Positions 18,902 to 28,959 of a stretch of 64,000 nucleotides of DNA are shown one piece after another. Under the pieces are notes generated by a model. It was not told where the DNA came from. It ran no database searches and worked only from the letters and a program-made list of their open reading frames with translations. Numbering within the stretch: position 1 is the stretch's first letter; each line of letters starts with the position of its first letter. The translations under genes were made by a program, and so were the position numbers. The DNA lies in the NCBI RefSeq assembly GCF_002087085.1, contig NZ_MWQY01000009.1, positions 1-64,000 of the forward strand, read 5' to 3'.

Positions 18902-19456
18902 CTACAACAGGTCAAGAATACGGCGCTCAAACCTGCGCCGGTTGCCATTGTTAGCTACTCTAGATATATCGACATTTTCGCCGACTTTTTGAGGATACAA
19001 TTTGCGCTGGGAACGAAGTCTTCGAATGAACCCGCAGGGAGTAAGGGAATCCCGGCGCCGGGCGCGCAGAAAACGCACAGGAAGGGACGCGGTAATCCAC
19101 AGGACCTTGTCGCAGAAGCTGTGCAGTCCCATGGGAAAAAGCAGCGCCGCGTTTATGACTCCGTCTTTCCCTTCCCGCCTCAGGGAATCCACCCGGCGCC
19201 CGACCTCGTCTATCATCCAGGGATGAACAATCGCTTCCAGACGCCTGAGCTGCTCCGCATCGCTGAAAACGATTCTGCCCAGTTCCCTTCGGTCCGTTGT
19301 ACCAAAGGCTTCTTCAACCTCCCGCGCCATACGCTCTCGAGCGTAATGCCCCAGGGAATCCACATCGATCTCTTCATATCCCCTGCTCCGGAGGATCTCC
19401 GCCGCCAGGCTTTTTCCGGCACAGTAAAGACCCGCGACCCCGACGATCCTGCTCAA
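18902..19456 (-). CDS. coaE: dephospho-CoA kinase
   Basis: GLYCAGKS P-loop, DVDSLGH, DRRELGRIVF, LEAIVHP; overlaps the polA stop. Confidence 0.9.
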   Translation of the reverse strand: MSRIVGVAGLYCAGKSLAAEILRSRGYEEIDVDSLGHYARERMAREVEEAFGTTDRRELGRIVFSDAEQLRRLEAIVHPWMIDEVGRRVDSLRREGKDGVINAALLFPMGLHSFCDKVLWITASLPVRFLRARRRDSLTPCGFIRRLRSQRKLYPQKVGENVDISRVANNGNRRRFERRILDLL

Positions 19457-22149
19457 TGGACGGCACCCCAGCTGTCGCCGTCCTCGATGCTCACCTTAAG
19501 GGGTACCGAAAGCTCAACAGCCGTCTGCATGGTATGAACGACAAGCTCCGAGACCCTCACGACTTCGTCCTCCGGGGCCTCCAGAATCAGTTCGTCATGG
19601 ACCTGGAGCAGCAGTTTTGTCCGGTACCCGCCCTCCATCAGGGCCATGTCGAGCTTGATCATGGCTGTCTTTACAATATCCGCCGCTGATCCCTGCACCG
19701 GCGTATTCACGGCAATCCGCTCTGCGCCGCTCTTTTCCGTCCTGTTGCGGCTGGTAATTCCCGGAACAAAACGCCGGTGTCCCATGAGGGTCCGCACATA
19801 ACCGCTTTTCTCGGTCTCGCTGACGGTGGCGTCTATAAACTCCCTCACCTTCGGATACTGGGCAAAATAGGCTTCTATAAAATGTGCGGCATCCGAGCGG
19901 GAAATGCGGAGCTCATTGGAAAGCCGGAAAGGGCTCATTCCGTAGATAACCCCGAAGTTGATGGTTTTAGCCACCCGGCGCTGATCCGGACTGACCTCCG
20001 CTTCATCCACACCGAAAATCAGAGCCGCGGTCTGGCGGTGGATATCCGTCCCCTTTTCAAAGGCCCTGCTCAGAGTCTCATCCCCCGAAAGATGGGCAAA
20101 AACGGCAAGCTCGATCTGAGCATAGTCGGCGCTGATAAAGCGGCACCCCTTGCGAGGAATAAAGGCGCTCCGGATGGCCCTGCCTGCCTCATCCCTGACG
20201 GGGATATTCTGCAGGTTGGGGTTCTTGCTGGCCAGACGTCCCGTGGCGGTACCGGTCTGTTGAAAACTGGTATGGATGCGTCCGGTGTGGGGGTTAATCT
20301 CCTTTGGAAGGGTATCCACGTAGGTGGACTTGAGCTTTGCCAGCCCCCGGTGCTTCAGAATAAGCTCCGGGACAGGATCCTCCTCGGCGAGCTGTTCAAG
20401 AACGGAGGTGTCCGTGGAGTATCCGGTCTTCGTCTTTTTTACAGGATTCAGTTTCCGTTCCTCGAACAGGATCTCCTGCAGCTGCTTGGTGGAGTTGATA
20501 TTGAACTCCCTGCCGCAGAGGTCCCAAATCTCTTTTTGAATCCCGTCCAGGGCTTTGGCAAGCTCCTTTCCATAGCGTTCCAGGGATTTTCCGTCCAGTC
20601 CGATTCCGGCATACTCCATCTCTGCGAGGACCCGGGTCAGCGGCATTTCAAGATCTCGAAAGGTCCGGGCAAGATCTTCCTCCTCGAGCCGGGGTTTCAG
20701 GTATTCGTAGAGCCGGAAGGTAATGTCCGCATCCTCCGCGGCATAGGCAGTCGCCTCCTTGAGGGGAACATCCTTGAACTCTTTTCCCTTGGGAACCACA
20801 TCGTCAAAATGGATGGTCCTGTACTGCAGCAGCCGTTCAGCGAGGGCGTCCATCCCGAAGGTATTGGCGGTGGAATCGAGGAGCCATGCTGCAACCATGG
20901 TGTCGAACAGCTTGGCCTGTATATCTTCTATTCCCCAGCGTTTGAGGACCTTGTAATCGTACTTCAGGTTCTGACCGACCCAGGTACAGTCCGGGTTCTT
21001 GAGGATCTCCGCGATCATACGCCGAACTCCCTCTTCCTCGAGGGTTTCGGTCCCCTCGCAGATCAGGGGAATATACCAGGCCTGCCCGGCCTCCAGAGCA
21101 ATGGAGACTCCCACGGGACGGGCCTTCATGGGATCCAGAGAGTCGGTTTCCACATCCAGGGCAAAGAGCTTCGCCTCGAGAAGAGCTTTTTTCAGCCGAT
21201 CCAGTTCATCCGCAGCAAGCAGGGAAATATATTCTGCATTTTCTCCGGAATAGCTGTCCTCTTTCTTCTCCGCCCGAACCTCCTTTGCCGTCCCCAGCTG
21301 TTCGGCAAGACTGCTTGCCCCCTCTCTCAGGAAGAGCCGAATTACCTGCTCCTTATCGTAATCTCCCAGAACGAGCTCTTCTGGGGGAGGAAGCTCCTGA
21401 ACATCGGTTTTGAGGGTGATCAGCTCCCGGCTTAAAAAAGCGTTCTCCCGCTCCTGCTGCAGTTTCTCCTGCTGCCCGGGACTCAGTTGATCGAGGTTCT
21501 CATAGATTCCTTCCAGGCTTCCGAACCTGCGGATCAGGTCCACCGCGCCCTTGGGGCCGATACCCTTTACCCCCGGAACATTGTCCGACTGGTCCCCCAC
21601 GAGGGAGAGGTAGTCCAGGATCTGTTCCGGGGCAACACCGAATTTTTCGGAAACTTCCTCCGGACCGACTTCGGCATAGCCGCCGCTTTTATCCGGAATC
21701 ATGGCACTCACGCTCTTTCCCACCAGCTGCATCAGATCCTTGTCTCCGGTAATGATGACGCAGGGCCAGCCTTCCGAAGCTGCCCGGGACGCATAGGTGG
21801 CGATGATATCATCAGCCTCCACCCCATCCTGTCTCAGCTGAGGGAATTTCATGGCCTTGAGAATCTCCTCGATTACAGGAACCTGGGCATGGAGATCCTC
21901 GGGAGCCTTTTCCCTGGTGGCCTTGTAGGCCGGATATTTTACATGGCGAAAGGTCGGCGTCATGGAATCGAACACCACCGCCAGGGATTCCGGGGAATAC
22001 TGCTGCATAATGCTCAGGAGGGTACGGAAAAAGCCGAAAACCGCAGAACTGTTCCGCCCCTGGGGATTAAACAGGGGTTTGCGGATAAAGGCAAAATAGG
22101 AACGGTAAATAAGGGCGTATCCGTCTACAAGATAGAGTTTTTTTGACAT
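19453..22149 (-). CDS. polA: DNA polymerase I
   Basis: 5'-3' exonuclease (LVDG, EADD, GDKD), DVETDS 3'-5' exonuclease, ADYAQIEL, KTINFGVIYG, QVHDEL. Confidence 0.98.
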   Translation of the reverse strand: MSKKLYLVDGYALIYRSYFAFIRKPLFNPQGRNSSAVFGFFRTLLSIMQQYSPESLAVVFDSMTPTFRHVKYPAYKATREKAPEDLHAQVPVIEEILKAMKFPQLRQDGVEADDIIATYASRAASEGWPCVIITGDKDLMQLVGKSVSAMIPDKSGGYAEVGPEEVSEKFGVAPEQILDYLSLVGDQSDNVPGVKGIGPKGAVDLIRRFGSLEGIYENLDQLSPGQQEKLQQERENAFLSRELITLKTDVQELPPPEELVLGDYDKEQVIRLFLREGASSLAEQLGTAKEVRAEKKEDSYSGENAEYISLLAADELDRLKKALLEAKLFALDVETDSLDPMKARPVGVSIALEAGQAWYIPLICEGTETLEEEGVRRMIAEILKNPDCTWVGQNLKYDYKVLKRWGIEDIQAKLFDTMVAAWLLDSTANTFGMDALAERLLQYRTIHFDDVVPKGKEFKDVPLKEATAYAAEDADITFRLYEYLKPRLEEEDLARTFRDLEMPLTRVLAEMEYAGIGLDGKSLERYGKELAKALDGIQKEIWDLCGREFNINSTKQLQEILFEERKLNPVKKTKTGYSTDTSVLEQLAEEDPVPELILKHRGLAKLKSTYVDTLPKEINPHTGRIHTSFQQTGTATGRLASKNPNLQNIPVRDEAGRAIRSAFIPRKGCRFISADYAQIELAVFAHLSGDETLSRAFEKGTDIHRQTAALIFGVDEAEVSPDQRRVAKTINFGVIYGMSPFRLSNELRISRSDAAHFIEAYFAQYPKVREFIDATVSETEKSGYVRTLMGHRRFVPGITSRNRTEKSGAERIAVNTPVQGSAADIVKTAMIKLDMALMEGGYRTKLLLQVHDELILEAPEDEVVRVSELVVHTMQTAVELSVPLKVSIEDGDSWGAVH

Positions 22150-22185
22150 AGAGAGCTCCTCCGTGCGGATCGTGCCGCAGGGCGG

Positions 22186-22599
22186 TCAGCACGATATATC
22201 TAAAAAAGTAGTGTTTTCATCGTACAGGCGCCTGGGACGTGGAGGGAGGGTACCCTTTTCGAGGCGCCCCTGCAAGAGGTTTTTCTTTTGGGAGATCCGG
22301 TCCTGAAGCGTCCGCTGCCGGCGTGTTACATCCCGGATCTCCTGTTCCAGTTGTCCATCGGGAAGATTCAGGCCTGTCCAGACCTTTAAAGAGGCTGCAA
22401 AGCGCCGGAACAACTCACGCTCCAGTTTCAGGTGTTCGGCGAAAACCGCAGGAAGATCTTTCTCGAGGTCGGCGGACAGAAACGTAAGAACCCGCCGGTA
22501 TTCCGATGCTGTCTGCAGCACCCGTTCCTTGAGCTCCGCCGCGTACGGGTGATTCTTACCCTGCGATATTGACGCCGCGGTAGCTGCTGGCATTTTCAT
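22186..22599 (-). CDS. hypothetical helical protein downstream of fliS (possible FlgN/FliT-like flagellar chaperone)
   Basis: All-alpha composition, C-terminal FLDISC, overlaps the fliS end; start uncertain; function inferred from position only. Confidence 0.5.
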   Translation of the reverse strand: MKMPAATAASISQGKNHPYAAELKERVLQTASEYRRVLTFLSADLEKDLPAVFAEHLKLERELFRRFAASLKVWTGLNLPDGQLEQEIRDVTRRQRTLQDRISQKKNLLQGRLEKGTLPPRPRRLYDENTTFLDISC

Positions 22600-22990
22600 C
22601 CATGGAGGTATTGGCATTGGCGGATATCTGCTGCCAGGCATTGCGTAACTCAGCCATCAGTTTCCGTACCGGTTTAAGGATCTCCGGTTTTTTGCGGATG
22701 TTGGCATCCAGAAGCTGCTGGTTAAAGTAGAAGTAGATATTATTCAGGTTCCTGGCTATATCGCCGCCCTTCTCAAAATCCAGGGATACCGTCAGTTCTG
22801 TAACCATATCCTGGGCACGGATAATGGCGTTATTGACCCTGTCAAGACGTTTATCTCCCTGCTCCATCAGCTCTATGGCAGTATCTATCTGCCGCAGGGC
22901 TTCGTCATAGAGCATTATCACAAGCTTTACGGGACTTGCGGTCTTGATATTGGTCTCTTTGTATGCATTCAGTGGGTTTGCTGAACTCAA
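22556..22990 (-). CDS. fliS: flagellin export chaperone FliS
   Basis: AYKETNIKTASPVKLVIMLYDEA, SLDFEKGGDIARNL, ELRNAW; TTG start at 22990 after GGAGG. Confidence 0.93.
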   Translation of the reverse strand: MSSANPLNAYKETNIKTASPVKLVIMLYDEALRQIDTAIELMEQGDKRLDRVNNAIIRAQDMVTELTVSLDFEKGGDIARNLNNIYFYFNQQLLDANIRKKPEILKPVRKLMAELRNAWQQISANANTSMDENASSYRGVNIAG

Positions 22991-23024
22991 AGCACTCCCC
23001 CCTCCCTGGTAATTATCAGTTATA

Positions 23025-23052
23025 GTATCGACGGAGGCAACTGTAATCTTGA
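23025..23052 (-). promoter_or_regulatory. putative sigma28 promoter of fliS
   Basis: TCAA-N16-GTCGATAC upstream of a late flagellar gene. Confidence 0.55.
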
Positions 23053-23079
23053 GCCGTCCGTCGACCATCCAGGAGGTAT

Positions 23080-25356
23080 CTACCTGGCATGTTCCATCAA
23101 TTCGCTGACCGGAACCAGTGTATACCCCAAGGATATCAGTTCGTCAATCAAGATATCAAGGGAATTAAAGAGATAATCCTCCCTCTCCGGATGAGTTTTG
23201 CCAATCCTCACCGGAATTATTGATCCCGGCTTCTTCTGCCGCAGGATTCTCTCCAGGATATCCGCCGCAGGAGCGTAGAGTTCTGCAAGGCGCCCGGAGC
23301 TGCAGGGGGTAATCCAGTCCAGAGGATCGACATCCCTGCCCACATAAGTATAGTTCATCTCCCTGGAGGCTTCAATTATATCGCTGTTTATAAAATAATA
23401 TGGAGCATGCCACAAAAGGGAGAGCTCATCCCCGGTTATTTTAAAGTAATCGTCCTCATTGCGGGCGAGTCCTCGCTTGATGAACTCCTTGTCCACGTCA
23501 AAACGGCTGTCAGTCATATCGAAGTAGGCATAAAACAGAGACCCCACTTCGTGACCGGAGGCGGAAATTTCGCGTACCGCGTCGGGATGCCGGCGCATGA
23601 ACTCCCCGTTAACAAAAAAGGTTCCCCGGATACCATAGTCCTTAAGGGTATGCAGAACCCGGGTAAGCCCTTCAATAGAGTCTATGGCATTGAAGACAAG
23701 AGAGACCTCACGGCGCCGGATCCGGGACCCATGGGTAAAGTTGGTGAAATCGACCGGGTCCTCCCTGTTCGGGAAGACATCGTAGCGCTTTTCAGGATAC
23801 CGGAAGAGGGTTTCCGTAACCAGACCCCGCAGATCCCGCACCATTACAGTGTTACGATAAGCCCCGCCTGTTCTGTCTTCCACATAAACACGGTAGTTGT
23901 CCGTCGCCACATTGACCGGGACCAGTTCGTCATCACCGGCGCTTATCCAGGTATCGCCAACCCGGTCCAGGGAGCTGCCGTCATGGCTAAGAACGCGAAT
24001 GGCGCCCTCGGGAGAAAAACCGGCGGCATCATGCTGGGAGAGGGAAATGAGAGAGGAACTTCTTTCCTCGAGATCGTACAGTCTGGTTTCATATGCACCG
24101 GCTATAATCAGCTGGGAGTCGCTGCGCCACAGAACATGGAGGGGGCGATTATAGCTTACCGACTGGATTATGTTGAAGGAGTAGTAGTTCCGGATTTCAA
24201 CCCGGTCCGCAAGAATCAGGGAACACATCTCCCCTCTTGGAGAAAGAACCAGGTTCTCCACTCCATCGATATCGACCCGGCTGAAGCGGGTCTCACCCGC
24301 CGGGAGATTGAGCCGGAACAGCTGTGACTGATCACTGCCTTTTACCAGGCCATCGGTTAGCAGGGTGACGATATCGCCGGAGGACCAGAGAACCTTCCTG
24401 ACCATGGAGTTCCGGGGCAGATAAAGATACGGCAGGGTAGTGGCATCCCCTGTACTGATATAGTCATCGGGGGAGAGGGGATACAGGAAGATATTCTGTC
24501 CCCCCTTGTTCAGAAGAATCCTGGAACCATCGGGAGATATCCAGAAAGCGTCGAAGACCGGGTCAAACTCAAAGGGAATTTTTCCGGCAATGTGGCCGAC
24601 TTCAAAAAGACCGGTATAAATGGAACGGGTAAAGAATTCGGGGCTCAAAACCTGATATACAAGGTTTCCCGTAACATAGTACAGATCGCTCTGCCCGGCC
24701 CAGCGGATACTGGACAGGCCTCCCTTTCCCAGGGCCCGAAAGCTCTCATCTATAACCCGGTCTCCCATCAGCTGGTCCATGGAAAAATAATAGAGATATC
24801 CCCCCTTCTGATACACAAAAAAACGGGAATTCGGGGCCCAGGAGGCGTTGGGACTGTCCAGGACCATCTCCACCGCCGGAGAGATCAGGAACTCCTTTTC
24901 CTGGCCCACATGATACAGCATCAGATCCGCATACCCATGGCTTGTCGCAGAAAGATAGAGAAGATAACGGCCGTCCGGGGAAGCACTGAGGGTATTGATC
25001 TTGCCCGTCTGTATTTCCGTACCATTTACAAAGGCGTTGAAGGTACTGAGGGGACGCATAGTATTCAGGGAGTCGTCGCTGCGGAACACCCCGAAACGGT
25101 TTTGGATCTGCAGTTTCTCTCCTCCGTTTATCAGGGCTGTCTGTTCCGGAAAAAAGGTGAGTTGTCCCATGTTCCCGGAGGAAAGATCGGCCTGAAAAAG
25201 GGTGGAATAACTGCCGAAACTCGGAGAAGCGGCATTTGCCTTGAACAGCAGAATGTCATCTGAGGAGAGCCGGAGATCCGAGAAACGTACTTGTCCTGAC
25301 AAGGGTGCCGTGAGGACCGACAGGATAAGCAGAATAAAGGAATACCTGTACTTCAT
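23080..25356 (-). CDS. secreted protein with beta-propeller-like region and C-terminal NodB/CE4 polysaccharide-deacetylase-like domain
   Basis: Signal peptide; SPDG repeats; TFFVNG...GHEVGS, WHAPY, DPLDW, PGSII. Confidence 0.75.
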   Translation of the reverse strand: MKYRYSFILLILSVLTAPLSGQVRFSDLRLSSDDILLFKANAASPSFGSYSTLFQADLSSGNMGQLTFFPEQTALINGGEKLQIQNRFGVFRSDDSLNTMRPLSTFNAFVNGTEIQTGKINTLSASPDGRYLLYLSATSHGYADLMLYHVGQEKEFLISPAVEMVLDSPNASWAPNSRFFVYQKGGYLYYFSMDQLMGDRVIDESFRALGKGGLSSIRWAGQSDLYYVTGNLVYQVLSPEFFTRSIYTGLFEVGHIAGKIPFEFDPVFDAFWISPDGSRILLNKGGQNIFLYPLSPDDYISTGDATTLPYLYLPRNSMVRKVLWSSGDIVTLLTDGLVKGSDQSQLFRLNLPAGETRFSRVDIDGVENLVLSPRGEMCSLILADRVEIRNYYSFNIIQSVSYNRPLHVLWRSDSQLIIAGAYETRLYDLEERSSSLISLSQHDAAGFSPEGAIRVLSHDGSSLDRVGDTWISAGDDELVPVNVATDNYRVYVEDRTGGAYRNTVMVRDLRGLVTETLFRYPEKRYDVFPNREDPVDFTNFTHGSRIRRREVSLVFNAIDSIEGLTRVLHTLKDYGIRGTFFVNGEFMRRHPDAVREISASGHEVGSLFYAYFDMTDSRFDVDKEFIKRGLARNEDDYFKITGDELSLLWHAPYYFINSDIIEASREMNYTYVGRDVDPLDWITPCSSGRLAELYAPAADILERILRQKKPGSIIPVRIGKTHPEREDYLFNSLDILIDELISLGYTLVPVSELMEHAR

Positions 25357-25391
25357 ATCCTTTTCATTGTCGGCATACGCATGCCAAATCG

Positions 25392-26690
25392 TTACAGCAG
25401 TTCCGCCGCCAGTTCCGCCAGGGCGCTGCGCTCCGATTTATCCAGGGTTACATGGCCAAAGAGTGCCTGCCCCTTCAGGGTCTCCACCAGGTAGGTCAGT
25501 CCGTTGGAGCTTGAATCCAGGTAGGGACTGTCAATCTGGTAAGGATCCCCCGTCAACACCACCTTGGTCCCCTCCCCGGCCCGGCTGACGATGGTCTTGA
25601 TCTCATGGGGCGAGAGGTTCTGGGCCTCGTCGATGATGATATACTGATCCGGCAGAGACCTTCCGCGGATATAGGTAAGGGCCTCCAGTTCCAGCAGGTT
25701 GTTATTGAGAAGAGAATCCACGCTTTTGATGTTCTGTTTTTTATAAACCGAAAGAATATACTCCAGGTTATCGAAAAGCGGCTGCATCCAGTGGGACAGC
25801 TTCTCGTTTTTGGCCCCCGGCAGGTACCCGATGTCTTTTCCCATGGGTATCACCGGCCGGCTTACCAGGACCCGTTTATAGGCATTCTGCTCCAGCACCT
25901 GAGAAAGCCCGGCGGCGATGGCAAGCAGGGTTTTACCCGTTCCCGCCTTGCCGACCAGACTTACGAGACGGATTTCCGGGTCCTGCAGCAGTTCAAGGGC
26001 CATCCGCTGCTTCTCGTTCAGCGGAACTACACCGCTGACGGCTTCCATCTCACCAAGAATAGCCTGTACCATGCCGTCCCGATACCGGCCGAGAACCCGG
26101 GTCTCCGTTTTGGGATGCCCCGCCAGAACAAACTCGTTGGTAAAGAGTTTCTGTTCCAGGGAAACGGCTTCACCCCGCTGCAGCTGGTCGAGAATCTCCA
26201 CGGAGGTCTCGAGCTCCCGCCATCCCGGGTAGAGTTCCATGATATTGACCTTCTGGCGCTCATAATCCACGGCCTTGAGCCCCAGGGCAGTAGCCTTTAC
26301 CCTGGCGTTTATGTCCTTGGAAACGAAAAAGACCTTTTTCCCTTCACTCTTCAGGGACATTGCGGTGAGAAGGATTTTATTGTCCACCTTTTCCCGGCTC
26401 AGGTCGGCGGGGATTTTACTCGCCTGGGCAAAGGAGACCCTCAGCAGTATCCCGTCCCCGACTTTGGCTCCCTTGTTCAGATCTCCGTGCTTTCCCACCT
26501 CATCCAGAAAGCGGATGGCCTGACGGGCGTTGCGCCCTTTTTCATCACTGAAGGTTTTCAGCTTGTCCAGCTCTTCCAGGACCCAGAGGGGAACAACCAC
26601 TTCGTTATCGCGAAACGAGAGAATGCAGTCCGGTTTATGGATGAACACGTTGGTATCAAGTACAAAGGTCTTCATTTCGTCCCTGGCCAT
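25392..26690 (-). CDS. PIN + PhoH-like ATPase (PhoH2/YlaK type)
   Basis: VLDTNV PIN motif, SKDINARVKA, GKAGTGKT, GYLPG, YIRGRS, DEAQN; start ATG 26690 after GAAGGAG. Confidence 0.92.
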   Translation of the reverse strand: MARDEMKTFVLDTNVFIHKPDCILSFRDNEVVVPLWVLEELDKLKTFSDEKGRNARQAIRFLDEVGKHGDLNKGAKVGDGILLRVSFAQASKIPADLSREKVDNKILLTAMSLKSEGKKVFFVSKDINARVKATALGLKAVDYERQKVNIMELYPGWRELETSVEILDQLQRGEAVSLEQKLFTNEFVLAGHPKTETRVLGRYRDGMVQAILGEMEAVSGVVPLNEKQRMALELLQDPEIRLVSLVGKAGTGKTLLAIAAGLSQVLEQNAYKRVLVSRPVIPMGKDIGYLPGAKNEKLSHWMQPLFDNLEYILSVYKKQNIKSVDSLLNNNLLELEALTYIRGRSLPDQYIIIDEAQNLSPHEIKTIVSRAGEGTKVVLTGDPYQIDSPYLDSSSNGLTYLVETLKGQALFGHVTLDKSERSALAELAAELL

Positions 26691-26712
26691 GGGAACTCCT
26701 TCACTGTTGTCT

Positions 26713-27756
26713 TTACAGCCCCTGAGCTGCCGTACGCACCCACTCTTCAATCGCCGTATAATGCATATCGAAGGCCTCAAGTTTACCGGCGATTTCAACG
26801 AGACACAGATCCTTTCCGTCAGGAATGATCGCCAGAGCGTAGACATACTCCTCCTGCCCGTAGGGAAGCAGCCAGCGCAGCATAAAACCCCGCTTTCCGC
26901 TGTTCCCAAGCCGTATGCCGTCTCCCCGCTGCTCATAGCCCGATTCCACCAGATACTTTGTGACTGCCGACTGCCAGAAGCTGAGATCCATGGAGGGTTC
27001 GGGCCTCACCTCCCTTACCCGTATCCGGACCCCGTCGGGGGATACCGCACGAAAAAGCCGGGAATCCCGGTAGACGGAAAAACCTTCGGGTCCCTCATTA
27101 ACCGGGGCAAAACGGGGCAGCCAGGTAAATCGCCGTTTCTGCGGCTCGTCCTCCATAAAGCTGTAAAAATCGAGGCTGTTTATCCAGGTAAAACTGGAAA
27201 ACTTTCCGTTGTCAGGAAAATGCCCCTGACTCCGCAGATTCAGACGGACAGCGGCAAAGCGGATGTTGTTCTTCAGCTGGGAAATTCTTGCTCGCAGACT
27301 TTCGATTTCACTGATCAGATCGCGAATCTCCCGCTCTATGGCCAGGGTACCGGAAAAATCAGCTCCGCCAAGAAGCTCAAGATTCCGGGACAGAACCTCC
27401 TCCCGGGATGAAAGGGAAGCTTCAGTCCTCTGCAGTTCTTCGCTGAGGTCGGAGGCGATCAGCGTATATTCCTGAAGCTCTTCACCGAATCCTTTGAGCC
27501 TCTCCTGTATTCCCTCAAGCAGGCCGAAGGGCAGACGCCCCTCCACGTATTCTCCGTGACGGGCGGTAAAGTATCCGCCGGAGGACTCAAACCATTCCAC
27601 GATACGGTCCCCCGCAGCATCAGAATCATAGACCACCAGACGTGCTTCCACATGGTATGAAACGGAAGCCGTGTCCTCACTCTCGGCGAAGGATACAGTG
27701 GACAGGATACCGCACAGAACGAAAAGGATGCCCCACAGTCGTGTTCTTACCGTCAC
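26713..27756 (-). CDS. DUF4349-like secreted protein
   Basis: Signal peptide; DLSEELQRTEASL...LAIEREI...IESLRARISQLKNNIRFAAVRLNL coiled-coil pattern. Confidence 0.7.
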   Translation of the reverse strand: MTVRTRLWGILFVLCGILSTVSFAESEDTASVSYHVEARLVVYDSDAAGDRIVEWFESSGGYFTARHGEYVEGRLPFGLLEGIQERLKGFGEELQEYTLIASDLSEELQRTEASLSSREEVLSRNLELLGGADFSGTLAIEREIRDLISEIESLRARISQLKNNIRFAAVRLNLRSQGHFPDNGKFSSFTWINSLDFYSFMEDEPQKRRFTWLPRFAPVNEGPEGFSVYRDSRLFRAVSPDGVRIRVREVRPEPSMDLSFWQSAVTKYLVESGYEQRGDGIRLGNSGKRGFMLRWLLPYGQEEYVYALAIIPDGKDLCLVEIAGKLEAFDMHYTAIEEWVRTAAQGL

Positions 27757-28916
27757 GGCAGCACCTCCATAAGCGCGGCATGGAAGCTTTCCATCAGGGA
27801 AGGAGAGTCGCTTTCAGGAAAAACCCCTTCCGCAATATAGAGCTCACCTTTACGGGGAACCGCGTAAACCTCGTACCGGAACCCCGGACTGCCGGGGATA
27901 CGGCAGCTTACGCCGTAGATCGGCTCATTTCCGGCCAGTTCCATGGGGACAAGCTCCGCAAACAGGGGTGTCAGGTAGTAGAGCATGCTCTTCTGCCAGA
28001 ACATGGCATCCCCGTCGGGTTCATTCGGGATGCTCCCGAGTCGAACGATGGAGCCCCCGGCGCCCTCGGCATAGAAGGCCTCCCCCTGAGGCGGATCCTT
28101 AAAGACCGCGAAATCGGCCCCCAGATCGAGGGGAAGCCTTTTGGCCAGCCGCGGCAGGGTGACAGCAAAGGGATCCAGCTCCCTCATCCAGGAAAAAGGA
28201 ATCCGTTCCCGGGCCTCCCCCTGAGAGGCGGTACGGGATTTCAGGGCAATACTGACCCTGGAGAAGGCAATTCTGGACCGGAGAGTCATCAGCTGTGCCT
28301 CCTGGGCTTCGATGGTTTCGGTCAGACGCCTGATTTCCCGGAGAATCTTAAGACGCTCCTCCGTATCTTCCGCCCTTTCCAGAAGCAGATACAGTCTCTC
28401 CCTGGCCTCTGTGGCCAGACGAAGCCGGGTCTCCGTATCAGCGAGGCGATCGGTTACGTCGAAGGCATCGATTCGTTTGTCCAGAACCTTGCCCACGGAT
28501 TCCAGATCCCGGAGGAATCCGAGAAATCCCGCCGCCGGGACCCTGACGATGATACTGTCCGGGTAGATACCGTCGATCCGACCATCAAGCTCCTTTGCCA
28601 TGGACTCAATTCTCTTTAAAGCCTCATCAGTTCTGGTAACCTCCAGCTCGACGGAAGCAGAGTATATTCTCTGACGTGAGGCTGGTGTGGGTTCAGGGGC
28701 TTGTGCGGCATTGGAAAAGGAGACCGCCATAGAGTCAGAGGCGGCTTCAGGCATCGGGGCGCTTCGGCCTGCGGCCTTTTCCATGAGGGGGGCTTCAAAC
28801 TCCGCCTGGAACGTATCCTGAGGGGGTGAAGCCACGCAGGAAGCAAACAGCAGCACAGAAAGGATAAAACATGCGGACAGGAATATCCGCATGTTCAGGG
28901 GATTCGCTTTTATCAT
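27753..28916 (-). CDS. DUF4349-like lipoprotein
   Basis: Lipobox LFASC; RQRIYSASVELEV, VRVPA, DVTDRLADTETRL, RIAFSRVSI. Confidence 0.78.
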   Translation of the reverse strand: MIKANPLNMRIFLSACFILSVLLFASCVASPPQDTFQAEFEAPLMEKAAGRSAPMPEAASDSMAVSFSNAAQAPEPTPASRQRIYSASVELEVTRTDEALKRIESMAKELDGRIDGIYPDSIIVRVPAAGFLGFLRDLESVGKVLDKRIDAFDVTDRLADTETRLRLATEARERLYLLLERAEDTEERLKILREIRRLTETIEAQEAQLMTLRSRIAFSRVSIALKSRTASQGEARERIPFSWMRELDPFAVTLPRLAKRLPLDLGADFAVFKDPPQGEAFYAEGAGGSIVRLGSIPNEPDGDAMFWQKSMLYYLTPLFAELVPMELAGNEPIYGVSCRIPGSPGFRYEVYAVPRKGELYIAEGVFPESDSPSLMESFHAALMEVLP

Positions 28917-28922
28917 GTTTCA

Positions 28923-28951
28923 ACTATATCTCATAATACCTGATATTTGAA
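28923..28951 (-). promoter_or_regulatory. sigma70 promoter of the DUF4349 operon (leaderless geometry)
   Basis: TTCAAA-17-TATAGT, then 6 nt to the ATG at 28916. Confidence 0.55.
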
Positions 28952-28959
28952 CAGTCTCC

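Noticed and set aside
19777..21435. Long antisense ORFs (552 aa opposite polA; also 614 aa at 56422-58266, 407 aa at 25605-26828, 359 aa at 5062-6141)
   Set aside because: Shadow frames of well-conserved genes, expected from codon bias; no motifs or RBS
25371..25388. TTGGCATGCGTATGC as a sigma54 promoter
   Set aside because: GG-to-GC spacing is 9 nt rather than the required 10
25392..26936. Upstream-extended starts in the ORF track (PhoH 26936, thrS 6177, fliS 23068, amtB 34896, pdhB 48294, crcB 55038, hydC 60146)
   Set aside because: The extensions overlap neighbouring genes or promoters; downstream starts have better SDs and match family N-termini
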